Origin: Trichosphaerium sp. ATCC 40318
Lineage: Eukaryota > Protista > Tubulinea
Direction: 5' to 3'
DNA: 64,000 bases
Assembly (NCBI GenBank): GCA_038496445.1
Contig: JALMLS010000397.1
Coordinates: forward strand, 186,001 to 250,000
In this document: positions 1 through 16,387 of the stretch, piece after piece
Layout of the letters: each line of letters opens with the position of its first letter
Position numbering within the stretch: position 1 is the first letter of the stretch
Notes under the pieces: generated by a model
Seen by the model: the letters and a program-made list of their open reading frames with translations, nothing else
Databases searched by the model: none
What the model was told of the DNA's origin: nothing
Position numbers and translations under genes: made by a program

Positions 1-1262
1 AAAAAAAATACTATAGGTGATTTAATAGCTATCGCTGAAGGGCGAAACAACACGCCAACACCAGAAACTTGTTTGCAAGATGGTGGGAAAACAGAAAAGG
101 CACAAGAACAATCAACTTCGCAAAACTTTTCTAAATTGGCATCCAGGCCGTAGTTATTAAGATTTCACACGACAATGGCACGTCTTGGGGTCCCTTGAGA
201 ACTCTTGAATCGTATGAATGCGGTGGAGGATACGAATGCGGATACCAAAACATTGTTGAAGATGTCAAAACAAATAGCTTGTTTATTGCATATTCAACGC
301 ATGTTGGTACTCAAATGATTAGAAGTAACGACTATGGAGTCACGTGGTCAACACCTAAACGACTAAGTGACGGATTTCCAAAAACATTCCGCAACCCAGC
401 TCCTGGACATGGTGTAAGTTTTTCAAGAAGTGTATCTTGATTGCTTATGTATTCTCTTAGCTTCAACTGTTACAACCTTGTATGTCTACCAAGTGTCACC
501 AGTACAGATTAATAATACCATTTGTCTGCTCTATAAATGGAACTGAGCACAGTTGTCTGATTGCTAGTGACGATCATGGAGCCACATGGCATTCAGCTGG
601 AGTAGCACAAGCTGGCTCTAAAGAGGCGCAACTTGTACAAGTACGTTAAGTTGTTGCAATCAATTGCACCCTTTATAACCTTCATTGCAGCTCATTAGCT
701 GTGGTGATGATGGAACGGTTTATTTGAATGCAAGGAATTTTGGAGAAACAAAAGGACACAGATTGAGTGCTTTATCTTTTGATGGCGGAGATACTTTTTC
801 TTCATTTTCTGTTGTGACAGATTTAACAGAACCAGTCACCAACCAATGGACTGGTATAGTAGGATCTTTAATAAGGTAATGCGAACTACTGTAGGTTAAC
901 GCTGTCAATTAATTTTCTGAAATAGGTGGACGTATGCTACTGATACAGGACTCAACAAGTACTTGACTTTTTTTTTTGCTGATAACTAACTCATTTAGGA
1001 TTCTATTTTCAGATCCTGGTGCACAAACTTCAAGGTCTAATTTGACTGTTTACATGACAACAGATGAAACGTCAACATGGCATGAGAGTAAACTTATAAA
1101 TGAAGTCACGTGATTATTGTTAGTAGTAAATTATTAATTTTTTTGTGTTAGGGTCCAAGTGGCTATTCCGATATGGCAAAAATCAGTAACGCCCATGTTG
1201 GCATTCTCTTTGAACGTGGGTCTCCACTTCCATATGACAAGATATCATTCTTGCAATTCTAG
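1..1262 (+). CDS. Sialidase (GH33, BNR/Asp-box beta-propeller), 5'-truncated by the window edge, multi-exon
   Basis: Spliced translation shows GDLIAIAEGR, Asp-boxes SHDNGTSW, SNDYGVTW, SDDHGATW, SFDGGDTF and TTDETSTW, plus YLNAR and GPSGYSDM (nucleophile Tyr). Stop TAG at 1260-1262. Confidence 0.9.
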
Positions 1263-1548
1263 GAACAAAGACGCCTGGAAACACCGCAGCAATAAAGCAT
1301 TATCCAGACGTTGAGTGTATCTGTCTTTGTTTTTACAAACATTTTTGACATGTCGCTATTTACTGACAGCCTTGGTATCATAAAATCTATTACACAGCAT
1401 GGAATTTTCTTGTTAGAAATTAGCAATGACATGCAGTATCTCATTAGCACATGACAATGTTTTTTTGTGCGAGTTCCAGCAAGCCTTCTATTGGCGTATC
1501 TGCTAGAATATTTAGCCATACCTCTAATGGAAGCTCTACATTCTCCAT
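1259..1548 (-). pseudogene. F-box-like gene fragment with frameshift
   Basis: ATG at 1548 gives MENVELPLEVWLNILADTPIEGLLELAQK (F-box-like LPxEV). The frame appears to change at the T8 run near 1460, and the reading ends against the sialidase stop. Confidence 0.4.
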
Positions 1549-1794
1549 TCGAGGTCAAGTGACACCAAAGCTGCTATTTTCAAATCCATTAGAAATAATT
1601 TACCAGTTGTTTCATAATGGTAATAAGTTTTCTAGAAACTGTGCAATCACACATGACACAGCGGTTTTAACTCACTTTTAAACAACTCTTTTAAAAAGAC
1701 AAAGCTGAGAAGTTTTAAAGTTTCAATTACATTCAAGAAAAGTTCCTAACAATGGAGATAACTTTATCTTGTAGATTTAGTTACACAAGGATTA

Positions 1795-3365
1795 TCATTT
1801 GAATACGATTTTCTTAAACTTCTTCTTCCTCCAATATGACAAAGCAACTTTACATAATGTTCTCACATTAGGAATGTAATCCCTGACTTGTTCATGTACA
1901 TCTTGATCATCCAAGTCATCTAAGATTTAGGTTAAACAAGAGTAATGCTTATAAACTTACAGCAAGCTAATTCAGCATATGCTAACAAGAAAGCATACAA
2001 TACATTTATCCCTATTTGTGTTACAAATATAATACTAATGGAAAAAAAGAAAACAAACAGCAAAAGCCTGAGCTTGCTGCAGCATATAACTTTTATCTTG
2101 TACCTTTGATAATGTACACATCAAATATTCTTAAAGCTGCTGGTATACTTCTACGGAACAAAAAACCAGGTACAAAAAGATTAGCACAATCCTGTATCAT
2201 CTTGAAAGAAGAATTATAAAGTTACTCTGCAATAAGACATCGTAGTAAACGTACATAATTGTTAGGGTAAAACTTTGCAAACAGCTCATTGGCTTTGGTG
2301 TACCGGTGAACTAGTTAAGAAAAGCTTAATAAGGTGGGTATATATTTGTGGTTTTCTACTGTTGAGGTTGTTTTCTTACCCCAAAACAGCATTACTGGAT
2401 GCTCTGTCCATTCACCAGTTTTATCATTTTTATTCATTTTATCAAAGATACACTTCATTGTCCAGAAAGCGTGCTAAGAGTTACATTAATATGCAGGAGC
2501 CACCTTATTTGATTACCTCTTCAGGCATAATTGATACGAGCAATGAAGCATAAAATATATCTAATTTCGGGTATGATTAGCATTCTTGTATTATTCTTAT
2601 TGTGACTTTGTTTAACCTACCACCTGAGTATTCTGTTGAGGCTGTAGCTAGATACGCACAAAAGATACGTTTAATCAATATCTTCCTAAATTCTTTAACA
2701 TGATACTACTGGGTTGCCAACTGTACCTTGGTGAACCTTGTCTAAACAAGCGATGATCAGCAGGAAATGATCTGTAGATATCCAGCGGCAAATAAAGTTC
2801 AGCTTTATGATGTTTTTCCCCTTCCTTTTCCTTCTCATATTGATCCAAGTATTCCTTAGTTTTGTTTCAATGAAGTGTTTTCTAACATACAACAACAGTC
2901 AGAAAACTGCTAACCTGATAACTCGTTTTGGATGAATGCATTGCTTCGTAACCACCAGATAAGTGAAAATACGCAAGACCTAAAAAAAGGTAAAACGAAG
3001 TAAAAGAAGATTGAACAAAAAACCACACGTGATATAACTGTTTTGCGTGGAACCACAGTACCTCTGATACCTTTAGGGAAGCCTTTCCAAGCAATTTTTC
3101 TCAGCTATCATTATATTTAGTAAAGCCACATCATTTCATTGAGAAAGCACACACTAGTACCTTTGAACACTCTGCATTCGAGCAGTTGCCACTTGACAGC
3201 TCTTTAAGTCTTGGTTTTAACCATGAGCAAATCTTGGTGTCTTCGACAATCTCTTCAGGAGTGTTGATGCTACATAAAATGTAAGTAATCAATAACAGAA
3301 TGGCGATTGTACAAAGTTAAAAAGTATCGAAGTTTCGCAGATTTGAACGTCATTTTCCTCCCCAT
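1795..3365 (-). CDS. TBC (Rab-GAP)-domain protein, multi-exon; one apparent in-frame TGA (possible pseudogene)
   Basis: Spliced peptides LRKIAWKGFPKGIRG, LDIYRSFPADHRLF (Arg finger), LLVSIMPEEHAFWTM and ALRIFDV. In-frame TGA at 2867-2869 in my model. Confidence 0.7.
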
Positions 3366-3809
3366 TTTTTCGCAGGCTGATTTATCTAGTACGAGAGGTT
3401 TTCTTGTCCAGTAATTGTTGATATGTTCGATCATCCCCTAAACAGAAGTCGGCATTTAAGCAAAGGCTCCTTGCGCCTGGTTTGTACTGTCAACGCATTC
3501 TTTTATTTGAAAATGACATGATCAGAAAACACGTGCATCGTCTCTCAGTAAGTTTTCCCACAAGTTATCACACTCCACGATAGTTTTTACGTATTTACTA
3601 ACTTGTGCTAGTGCTAACAAGTCTTTGATAGGATTATACGCTAGTACGGTTAACCACATTTCTAACGGGAGCTGTACGATCGCCATTATGGGCTCGTCAA
3701 TCTGTCAAATTATTTTGACTACACCAAAGAAATCACGTGACTAAAAGTAAACAGAAAGAGAATAAAGGTTGATATAAACGATATTTATTAGGGCGTGAAC
3801 AAAAGATTT

Positions 3810-6134
<2,325 letters not shown>

Positions 6135-6337
6135 AGTTTTACGGTTTTTTTAGATTGTTTTACATCGTACGTGTTAAACAGATCACCAAAGCAAACACAG
6201 CTATTACTACTCTGCCTGCGCTCATACTGCCGTTAGTATAATGTGCTACAGAGGTTGCCTTAGGCACTATGGCTTAGCAGTTGACCTGATCAAAGTTTTT
6301 TGCCGCTAAAGTCTGTTACATCTTTACTGCTTCGAAA

Positions 6338-8073
6338 ATGGCAACTATAGCACCTAATTACACACGCCAGCTACCAAAGGAGGTAATATACGGTTCAAAA
6401 ATTGTACATTTACGCTTTTTCAGATGCTCCTTGAAATATTTGATTGCTTGCCGTATGATAGTATTCTAGTGATGTTACTTGTATCAAAGCGATGGTTAGC
6501 GATAGGCTCAGAGCGTTTGGTAAGTAAAAGAGTCATTTCACGTTTTAACAGCGCTACAGATGCCCTTGTGCCAAAATTTGTTTCATATGCCACATCAATT
6601 GCCGCCTCAGTACTCTTCTTGGATCTCAGTGTTTACAAAACGTTACCGCGCTTGGGAAAGTATTCAAGATAATATTATGATAATAGGAGGTCAGCCAAGG
6701 GTGTTTTAATTACATGTAAACTGACATTTTGTAAAAGGGCACTGCCCACTTGCAGAAGTAAGTGGTAATGGGCTTAGCGTCGCTATAAACACTACAGGTG
6801 AACTGGATTGGGTACTTTATACGAAATTCTCAATTTTGGTTAACAACTTCGTTATAGAGCTTTTGTAGCCAAAGACCTTTGTTCCCCATCCCTTTTGGCG
6901 TACTGGATGTTCCTGTGCATTATTTCGAAGTGACAGTCACAAGATGGGAAGAAAACGCGTAAGTCTACATACACGCCTTCAAAAACCGCTTCTTTTTCTA
7001 CCATTCGCTTTGAAATTGTTTTTCATGAAAATTCTATTCGTTTGCTCACAACTCCGTCAGCGTTATGACTTGCGGTATTGCACTACCAGATTATGTTAAA
7101 GCACACCCTGGAACACAACCTGGTTGGAATAGAGGATCTATAGGCTACCACGGGGACGACGGTCGTGTGTTTTGTGGTGAGTTATTAATTTTGACTTCAT
7201 TTTGTGCATGTGCGCTGATGCTCTCTCTAGAGGTTGGATTTTCTCCTTCTGCAAGGTTAGAATCTTGGGAAATGGGAGACGTTATTGGATGTGGTTTTGA
7301 TAGAGAACGTTCCATTATATTTTGGACAAGAAACGGCAAGTTGCTTGAGGATGAGGTTGGCTCAGTACGTTACTTTGTTTCCTTTTTTTTTCTTAATGTG
7401 AGGCATTTCGTGGACAGTTTAAATCTTTTTTCGTGTGTTGTACTTGTTCCTTGAGTTAGCGCATTGAATAATTAGATTATCCCGAAACACAATGTGCTGT
7501 CATTTCGAAATGACAATTTTTTTGGTTATTCTGTGAAAGTGTTTTCACAACTAACGTGTATTCAAATAGTATTGGATACCTATCCCAAAGTCTTTTGAAG
7601 GTGTTCATAATATCCATGCTCTTATTGGATTAGATTCTACACGTGCAACTGGAACAATAAATTTTGGTAAGTGCCTTCACTGCACACGTGCACTTTTGAG
7701 GAAATACTAATTTTTTTCGTAGGTGCAACGCCGTTTTTGTTTAGACTTGAGGATTCCAAAGATCTACTAGAAAATTATAATAAGCAAGGTAGAGTTATAG
7801 ATGATAGAGCTGCAGCACGACGTGATAGATTGTTCCAGTTTGTCAGGTTATTACAGCGTATAGAAGAACAAAACAGGTACATCTCAATGAAAATAAAAAA
7901 GCAAAAACAATTTAAACCGTCTTTTGTTTCTGACTTTTTGGTTGTTTAGAGATACAGAAGTTGCTCCTGACGATAGTGACGAAGCTATTGATGATGAAAA
8001 TAATGATAGTGATGATGGGGACGTCGTTATGGATGATGACGCCGATATGGTCGAAGGTGAAGATACCGATTGA
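6338..8073 (+). CDS. F-box + SPRY domain protein, multi-exon
   Basis: QLPKEMLLEIFDCLPYDSILVMLLVSKRW (F-box); HYFEVTV, PGWNRGSIGYHGDDG and GDVIGCGFD..IIFWTRNG (RanBP9-type SPRY); acidic tail. Confidence 0.88.
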
Positions 8074-8637
8074 TAGTTCTTTGCATGAGTCTTATTGCAC
8101 ATATCGAAAACTGAGTAGGCGATATCCTCTACCACGCCCTCTTAAATTGTTTAAAATGTCAATCAATTGTAAGCAACGCAGCCAGCTTTAAAAGCAGTAA
8201 ACCAAGTTAATAAGCCAGATCTGAAATATTGCGTTAAGTATTGTATTTTTTTTTTACTAACCATCACAATAAAGTACTTCTTTCAACGCAGTGCATGACA
8301 ACAAGCTTTGATGGCGAGATGAATGAGCACGGCAAATGGTAAATACAAGCGCTAGCATACAATGGCAATCGTACAAGCAGCACAATTATACAAGTGGTAC
8401 CCTTAAAGAAGAGTGAATATGTCGGCGCTAAATTAGTTCTTTTTATCTTAGTTTTTTCCAGCTCGTAAGTAGTTGTACTAATGAGCCACTATCTCCACCA
8501 TTGGAGGCTTTGTACTGTCATTGCCATGCAACGCAGGTTGTTGATCATCGTTAAGCGGCTTTGCCTGATAAGGTAAGTAAATAGTTTGACTTTTTCATTT
8601 TAGGAAGGATTTCACATCTACCATTTCGTAACGAACG

Positions 8638-10821
8638 ATGAAACTTCTCCTCGTACTACTTCTCGCAGTAGCGACATTAGTTGCTTCCGAAACGCGTGTT
8701 GAAAAGGCTTCACGTAAGCTAGACAGAGCTTTAGATAGATACATGGAGTACGTGTAGTATAGCCCAAAAAAAAAGTCGAAAAGTTTGTCAACTAACAAGT
8801 TGGCCTTTAACAGAGCTAAATATGACCTCCACGTGCCAAAAATGAGGTACGTACTAAATAGCCTGTACGTTGACGTCTAAAGCATTTATTTAAAGCGATT
8901 ACAAAACGTGTCCAACTATTCCTGAAAGTAAGACAAAGCCTACTTCCGTACACTGTCTCAAGTGGTCAGGTAATTAAACGAAAAAAAACTTCATTTTTTG
9001 GATATTTCGAATCAATTTTCTTTTTTTGTCTAACGTCTCCTTCTCTGTTATAGATGTAACAGCAATTGGTGCTCTTGGTGATAGTTTAACTGCCGGTGTT
9101 GGCGCCAGATGCAGTAATAGTACGTAATAGTACCAAATACGTCACCTGACACGTAAAACAATGTGAAAACGCTGAAAAAAAAACATGTTGGCCACGTTTT
9201 TTCTTTTTATTTGTTTTTCGGCTACAAGGCGTTATATTTATGCTAACATCAATATCTAGTCTTGTGCTTAGCCACTGAATACAGAGGAGTCACGTGGGAT
9301 ATTGGTGGTGACGATGTAAGTTTCTTTCCAAAGTTGAACGAAAAAGCCATTTACACAATGAGAACTATTATTAATTCTTCTTTAGAACGAAGTCACTTTG
9401 GTTAACTTTTTGAAAAATTACAACCCAAGCATTTACGGTACGCGCGGATATTTGATTTTTCCGAACAACACTACATTTGCTCTTCCTTTTCGTGCTTAAA
9501 AGAGATTTCAACCAACAATTCAAAAAATAGGTGCTTCCACTGGAAGAGGTACAGGAAACACTCGTCTTAATGTTGGAGGTAATGTCTTCGTGTGTACTGA
9601 ATGAAGTCACTAAGTATTGTATAGTATCTGGTGCTGTATCAAGAGATATGCCAGCTCAAGCTAGAGCTTTGGTTAACAAGGCACGTGTTGTAAACCGGTT
9701 TTTTTGTGTTGAAGAAAATTCTGTTCGGGCTAACAATTATCCTTTAGTTCTCCTCCGATCCTAATGTTAACCCTGCTGACTGGAAGGTTGTTAACTTATT
9801 CATTGGCGGTAATAATCTTTGCAGATGTTGTCAAACAAGAAACGATCCATCTGATCCAAACGCACCAACTGCATACGCTGGTCACATCGAAGTGCGAGAG
9901 AAAAAGACCAAAAGTTTCTATTATTAACCGCTATCCAACTATAGGAAGCACTTGATATTATTCAAGCAGGTCTACCTAATACATTCGTTAACGTGATGCC
10001 AATTGTGGACATTGTTCTCCTCGGGTAAATAATTACTACGCCCTCACATGTGATTTTTTTTTTTGATTCGCATTATTTTCTTATCACTTGATGTAACTTT
10101 TGTACAACAGGGAAGTTTCTCAAAGCGGAGGTTTCTGCCGTACTTTACTTGGAAGCTTGTGCCCTTGTGGTATCTCTACAAACCCAGCCGATATCGAGGT
10201 AAGAAAAGTTCCTTGTAACAAAAAAAACATCAACTGTTACTTTGTATTGTTCTAACACTTGTAGTACACTTATAATGCATACAAAGAATACGTCAAACTT
10301 ACCGAGGAATTGGTTGCAAAAGCAAAATACAGCGCAACATCAGACTTCGCTGTTGTATCTCTACCTTTCTTTACCGTACGTCTGTTAATCTACGGGAAAC
10401 GTGTTTATTTCTACCGACTTGTTATTGATTATCTATCCTAGGATACCGATCTTCCAAGAAGGCCTGATGGCACTGCTGATACTTCCTACTTTTCACCAGA
10501 TTGGTACGTACCAAGCATCCTAAGCAGCCGATTAATGAACTTTTTTAACCTCTAATTAGCTTCCACTTTTCTTTCAAAGCACATGCAGCTGGCGCTATTG
10601 CTATGTTCAACAGCATGCAAGAACCTGTTGGCAGTAAAACACGTGTGATTGATTTCAACGCATCTCCAACATGCCCTGACCCAGAAAAGAACCCTTACAT
10701 TGCTACAGCAAAGAACAACGGAGGTACGACGAAAATAAACAAAATATAGGATTTGGAGGATATTAACTTTTTTTACCATTTAGGTACTTTCTGTCCTGAT
10801 GACTCTAACGCCATCTTCTAA
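8638..10821 (+). CDS. Secreted phospholipase B1-like SGNH/GDSL lipase, multi-exon
   Basis: Signal peptide MKLLLVLLLAVA; IGALGDSLTAG, EYRGVTWDIGGD, DWKVVNLFIGGNNLC and YFSPDCFHFSFKAH. Confidence 0.9.
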
Positions 10822-11375
10822 GTTTAATAAAATTTCTTATTGACTAAAACCTTGCCTCCATTCTTTTCGATAAAAGATGATTGAACTTTCGAGCTTGGAC
10901 CAAAAATGACATGCAATCGTACTATGCTCATTGCGTCCTGAGATGCTTAGCAAGTTAACAAAAACTTAAAAAATTCCAACCAAAGCTGGGGTGTTACGTA
11001 TTCTTCCCTTTTGTGCTACAATTTGACAAAGGGGTTTGCTACTACTTTTTGTCGAAATTGATTAGAGCCACGATTGACTAAACAATGCGCTGTTTTCTGC
11101 AAAAATGTTGTACAAAAGGGCTCCATAAGAACGGATTTCGAAGAAATACAACATGCCGCCAAATTTCGCGAAGTGTAGTGCGCCAGGTATAATTCTCTGA
11201 GCTATCTTGGTGTGTTCTTGAGCTTATCTGAAATAGCTATTTCTTGGAATTTCTGCTAACAGACTGCCTTAACAGTCAAGCAAGACAAACGCAAAAGTTC
11301 TGGCAACTCGCTCAATCACAAAACGAGTGACCCGTTTTTGACGTCTTAACATTCTTGAAGAAGTCTCCGAGTAAA

Positions 11376-12119
11376 ATGGAAGAATCAGAACAAAAACGAA
11401 AGCAAACGAACTACGACGCGCAGATTTATTCTATTCTACAACTTCCAGGTGATATTCAGACATATATATGTACTTTCAATAGAGAAACATTTTCAAAGTA
11501 TCACGTGTTATCAAAAAAAGCTGCTACGAACACACATTACGATGAAAATCTGAACCGAAGAGGCGTTTGGATTCGTTGGTATAATAATGGCTCTTTACGA
11601 AGTAAAACAATGCTTTTCAAAGGTAAGAGACAAGGAGAGACGAAAAAATGGCATAAGAAACCGAACAGACAGTTATATCTCCAAGCTTGGTACAGCGATG
11701 ATACAAGGCATGGCAAGTATCAAAGATGGTATAAGGACGGACAGATACAGATCCTTTGTAAGTTTGTTCATGGAAAAACGAATGGTGAGAACAAGTCATG
11801 GCATGAAAATGGACAGCCCCATGTACAAGTTACTTATGTTGATGGCAAAAGGCAAGGTGATCTCCTAGTGTGGTATAAGAACGGCCAATTAAAAGCAAAA
11901 AAAAAGATGAAGGACAACAAGATTCACGGTGAGGCCAAGGAATGGTATGATGTAGGACGACTCAAGATACAATCAGTATACAATAAAGGAAAGAAGAACG
12001 GTGAGTACAAGGAGTGGTATGAAAGTGGTTTACTCAGATCACAAAGTAGATGGGTTGATGGTAAAATATGGCACTGGGCCACTCGTCCTTCAAACTACAA
12101 AAATCTGTCGTCATGGTGA
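11376..12119 (+). CDS. MORN-variant (YwqK-like) repeat protein with F-box-like N-terminus, intronless
   Basis: Repeats of G..K.WY.NGQL; N-terminal SILQLPGDIQTYI; paralog of 58061-59048. The 3' end may be garbled. Confidence 0.85.
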   Translation: MEESEQKRKQTNYDAQIYSILQLPGDIQTYICTFNRETFSKYHVLSKKAATNTHYDENLNRRGVWIRWYNNGSLRSKTMLFKGKRQGETKKWHKKPNRQLYLQAWYSDDTRHGKYQRWYKDGQIQILCKFVHGKTNGENKSWHENGQPHVQVTYVDGKRQGDLLVWYKNGQLKAKKKMKDNKIHGEAKEWYDVGRLKIQSVYNKGKKNGEYKEWYESGLLRSQSRWVDGKIWHWATRPSNYKNLSSW

Positions 12120-12786
12120 ATACAAACAATAGAATGAGGCACAACAATTGATATTGCATTGATGGAGGTCAAGATACAAATAAGCAATTGCTGAAAACAA
12201 CTGTAGACATTAAGTTCTTGGATGCTGCTAATATTTTCATACAACTTTGTCTTGTTGTTTACTGAAGTGTATGAAAGTGCACTGATCACAAAGTAGATGT
12301 TTTTATACCCACTAGCAATACAGTTTCACAACAAACTCTATGATTAGGCACAATTTGTGTTGTCTAAGTTTAAACCCAATACTTAAAATGTAGTTTGCTT
12401 GTGATGCTGTAATATTTTCGATAATATGAAAATTATTGAACGTTGTATGAAAGAATGACAACTGTTTTTAAAAAACAATACAGTACAACAAACTCTGCTT
12501 GTGTTGTCTTTTTACATCTATGTCGTTTCCAAAAAACAAATGTTCCTTCTTTGTACTAGAACCATCACTATGTCCTCTTTGTGCAAAATTCACTAGCTTA
12601 TTGAGCCTTTTCTTTCTCTTTAGCTGGTTCTAGTTTTGAGGCTTTGACTTCATGATGCAACAAATGGCCAATCACGCCCAATTCAATTTGTCTTCTGTCA
12701 CTGTCCAGTTTTCCACTATTTTTTAAAAAAAAGTCTAATCACCATGTATTCTTTTGATACTACATTAAACACAACTATTTAATTTA

Positions 12787-14033
12787 TCATACATGCTTAT
12801 TACTATCATTTTCTTCTTCAAATGCTTCTTTAACACCCTCACCTTTAAACTCTACAAGATTAGGACAAGCTTTTCCAATGTTCCTCAATCCTTTTGGTGT
12901 CTTTTCAGCTAAAATACCAACATCAAGGTACTTTAATGTAGGACAAGATATACCATCTAGATTCATACCAGTAAATGTAGCATTACCATAGCTTGTAATC
13001 TTCATACGCTCTAAAGGCAACTGAAGCAAAAGTCTAAACGCATCATCTGTTCCACTCTGATTTGTGTTGATATGCTTTAGCTTCTTGCAATGAGTTAATA
13101 AAGCTTGTGCAAACTCCCTCTCTAGTTTACCATCCTCTAGTCCAAATATATTACCAGATAAAGGCAATCTAATGTAACGAATATACTCCAGATTTGGCAT
13201 ATGAGGAAGAAACCAGGAAACAATAAAATCGTGATTAGTTGGCCTTTGTGATAGATTAGCAGGGCAGCTAAGGCTAAAAACACGAATGTTATGGAATGCA
13301 GAGCATGAAATTATTAATTTTTTGCATCTTGCTATTATTAAATCTAGGTCTATGTGGTTTCCAGCTTCCATTATAACGCCATGCAAGATGTAAGATCTCT
13401 ATCCCTCTTGCCTTGTTTAAAATAGTTTTAAACAAGAAGAAAGCATTTCGACAATCTTTCACAATCACCTTTGTTAGATTTGATAGAGGCGATGACTGTA
13501 ATGCTTCATTTAGTGCCGATGAAGTGTTTGCTCGGAGATTAAAGATATATAGAATCTCAACAGACTGAGAAACTTTATCAATAAGTTGACTTAGAGGCTT
13601 TGTATCAAATCGACCCCATAATCGCCCAGCTGAAAGCACTAACCATACAATCTTTGAGCTCCTAGGAATATTTCCTATAGCTTCTAATACATATCTTGCT
13701 GCTCCAACTTCCATTCTGATGCATATTGACCTATCATTGCATTCACTAGGTGAGTCTAATTGTGCTGGCTTCTTATTTTTTGTAAAGTCTAAAGTTAGAA
13801 GCGGTTTGATGTATAGATAGTCTCTCCATGTACTAGATACGCACCCAGCCACACTTCGAGTTTCCAGAGATAGGTACGGTCGAAGTAAGAAGACTGCGAG
13901 TGGTTTTGAAAAGCTAGAATCCCTAAATCACGCGTTAGGCTTCTGTTATGTTGGTTTGATGCGTTTTAAGACATAGTTTGGATGATTTGAACTGATATTT
14001 TTAAAGGTATGCTTACTTTTCAATGCTTGCCAT
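12787..14033 (-). pseudogene. F-box/LRR gene with frameshift near 13385
   Basis: Exon 1 MASIEK plus an intron, then F-box-like FSKPLAVFLLRPYLSLETRSVAGCVSSTW. The LRR-like ORFs 13289-13852 and 12787-13386 overlap in different frames with no convincing intron between them. Confidence 0.6.
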
Positions 14034-14472
14034 GGAGGCTCTGCTAGTATATTAACTTGTTTGGTGTTTATAAGACAAAGAACAACCTAAGTTGACTATA
14101 AAAAACGATTGTTTTGGCTCGTTTTTTTTTTGAGGTTTTATCGCATTAATTTCTTAGTTGATGGCATAGAACTTGCGTGTTACAAAGTAAAAATAAATCA
14201 CGTGGTTGACACTCTGGAGAACATGTAACAATATTTGCCTGAGCGATCAAAGAACATTCTGTTGACGAGCTATTCCTAGCTAGATCACCTGATAATTATG
14301 AGGCAGAGTACCTTCACTAGATCACGTGATCAAACACTGTTTGAAATTCAAGCCTAGAAACCCTTTTTTGTTCTTGCTGTTATGAGCGTTTAAAGCAATG
14401 ATATATTAACGGTTACATTACGTTAAGGAAATCTTTATTTTTTCATAAAATTGGTAAAGGTTTTTTTTTGCT

Positions 14473-16387
14473 TTACTTTGCCTTACGAGGTTTCTTACCA
14501 CTGCCTTTCTTTTTCTCATCTTCAAATTTCATCCATGGGATGATTGGTGATGTTGTTCTCATGTAAGCTTGGTAAGCAGATCTACGTCTACCCTATAAAC
14601 GAACCAGTTAAGAAAACTCTTCTTAAACAAAGTAAAGTAAAAAAACAAAAGAAAAGCGACTTTGACAGCTTGTACCTTTTGTAAATGTCTGTCAGCAATA
14701 AAATCAATATGAATACCAAGTAACCATGTAGAGGATATCATTGCTACGAATATTGGTTAACATAAATACGTAAAATATAATCACGTGCGAAGACGTGATG
14801 GCAAATAGCTTGTAATCCGAAAAAAAGAAATTTGATTATCGTTAAAAACAGCTTTGTCAGCTGACACTTCTTTTTGTCATTTCATTGCGTACCTCCAGCA
14901 AAACACCATGCGCTGTCAGAAACACCGAAACCAATTACTGCAAGACCCCACCAAAATAGTAGCTCACCAAAGTAATTTGGGTGACGAGAAAAGTACCACA
15001 AACCGTCGTTTAGGAGAGTTTGTCTGGATTTACCTAACATAGAGATGAGCAAAAAATACAATGTTAGAAAGGAAATATGTATTTTGGTATTATTGGCGTA
15101 ATAACCATTTTTTTGAAGTTATTTTTGACACTATGAATGCAGGTTATATGTCTTTAGCTCAGTCCAAAGGAGCCAAAAAGTGTTGCCTGATTTGGAAAGA
15201 CATGTGCCTTAGGAACACAGCAATTATTTAAGCCTAGTGGGCAATAGATATTTTTTCGCTTAAAACAAGCATTGGTCTACAATGTAGTGTGTTTTTGAAG
15301 TGTCAAAAATGACTTGAAAAAAAGACGCCAAAAAGAAAATGAAAAAAAGCACATCACATGCCACATTTTTAACGAAAACATTTTCTTTCTGTACCTGCAC
15401 GTGCACGGATTTCTTGCTTTACAGTCCATGCGCGTAGCTCATAATCAGACCATATTTCAATGACAACACCAAGTAACATCATCAACGCGCCAGTCTAAAA
15501 CGTAAATTAAAAAAAACAAAAAAAGCAGCATGCTTCGAAAAGAAAAAAAATAAATAAAAAGAAAAGGATGCATACAAGGTCACGTTGGCTTAATTCTCTA
15601 CGAGATACATGGATATAGTAGAAGCATATTGTTACGCTTCCGAATATGATAGTAGGAAGAACAAAAGCAGCAATTAAACTCGTAATCAAAAAGAATTTTG
15701 GAAACATTTTTTTAAGCTCTACAATTCTTGGATCTTCTCTAAACCCTAACAAGAAAATCAGTTTCGCGCTCAATAACTGTCGTTCTGTTGATTGGTTTTT
15801 TTGAACGAATTCTTTATTCTACGCCTGCTTTTAACTCTATGGCGCTTTTTACGTACCGAAATGCCATTCTTCGCGTCTGAAATAATTGTAAAAGAGAGAA
15901 GCAGCCCAAACCCAAACTAATACGCCCACAATTGGTACACGTGGTCTGTATATTGCGCGTGGGGTAAATTGGTAGAAGTGAAAGCCAAGTACTGGAATAA
16001 AAAACCAAAATGGTGTTGTGTGCCATGTACTTCCTGTAATCAAGCTACAATTGGTTAGACATTACAACAATTACCACAGCGCACCTCACAAGCCAGAATA
16101 GTACGATAAAGTTAACAAACAGAATAAAGTGAAAGGCGTTCATTGGAGGAGCGGTACAAAGCGGTTTTAACATGTCTGGCACTAAGAAGAGTCAGCTAAT
16201 GATGAAATAGCAAAATCAGCTGTTAATTACCTTCAACGGCTGTAGGGCATACAGCTAGGATAAAATACGACATAACAATTGATGGAACAGCCAAGCAGAT
16301 CATCAGTACAAAACTTTTCATATCATTCACATACTGGCCCTTAGGCACTCTTACGGTTTGAATCGGCGCCGCTGTGGCACTAGACAT
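14473..16387 (-). CDS. DUF1295 / steroid 5-alpha-reductase-like membrane protein, multi-exon
   Basis: Hydrophobic helices; EEWHFG..REDPR and [19 protein letters not shown]; Lys-rich C-terminus. Confidence 0.85.

Noticed and set aside
2867-2869. Possible TGA reassignment (alternative genetic code)
   Set aside because: TGA, TAA and TAG all terminate well-conserved genes here (GH1 and rhaM; trpD; RasGAP). Other apparent internal stops lie in introns.
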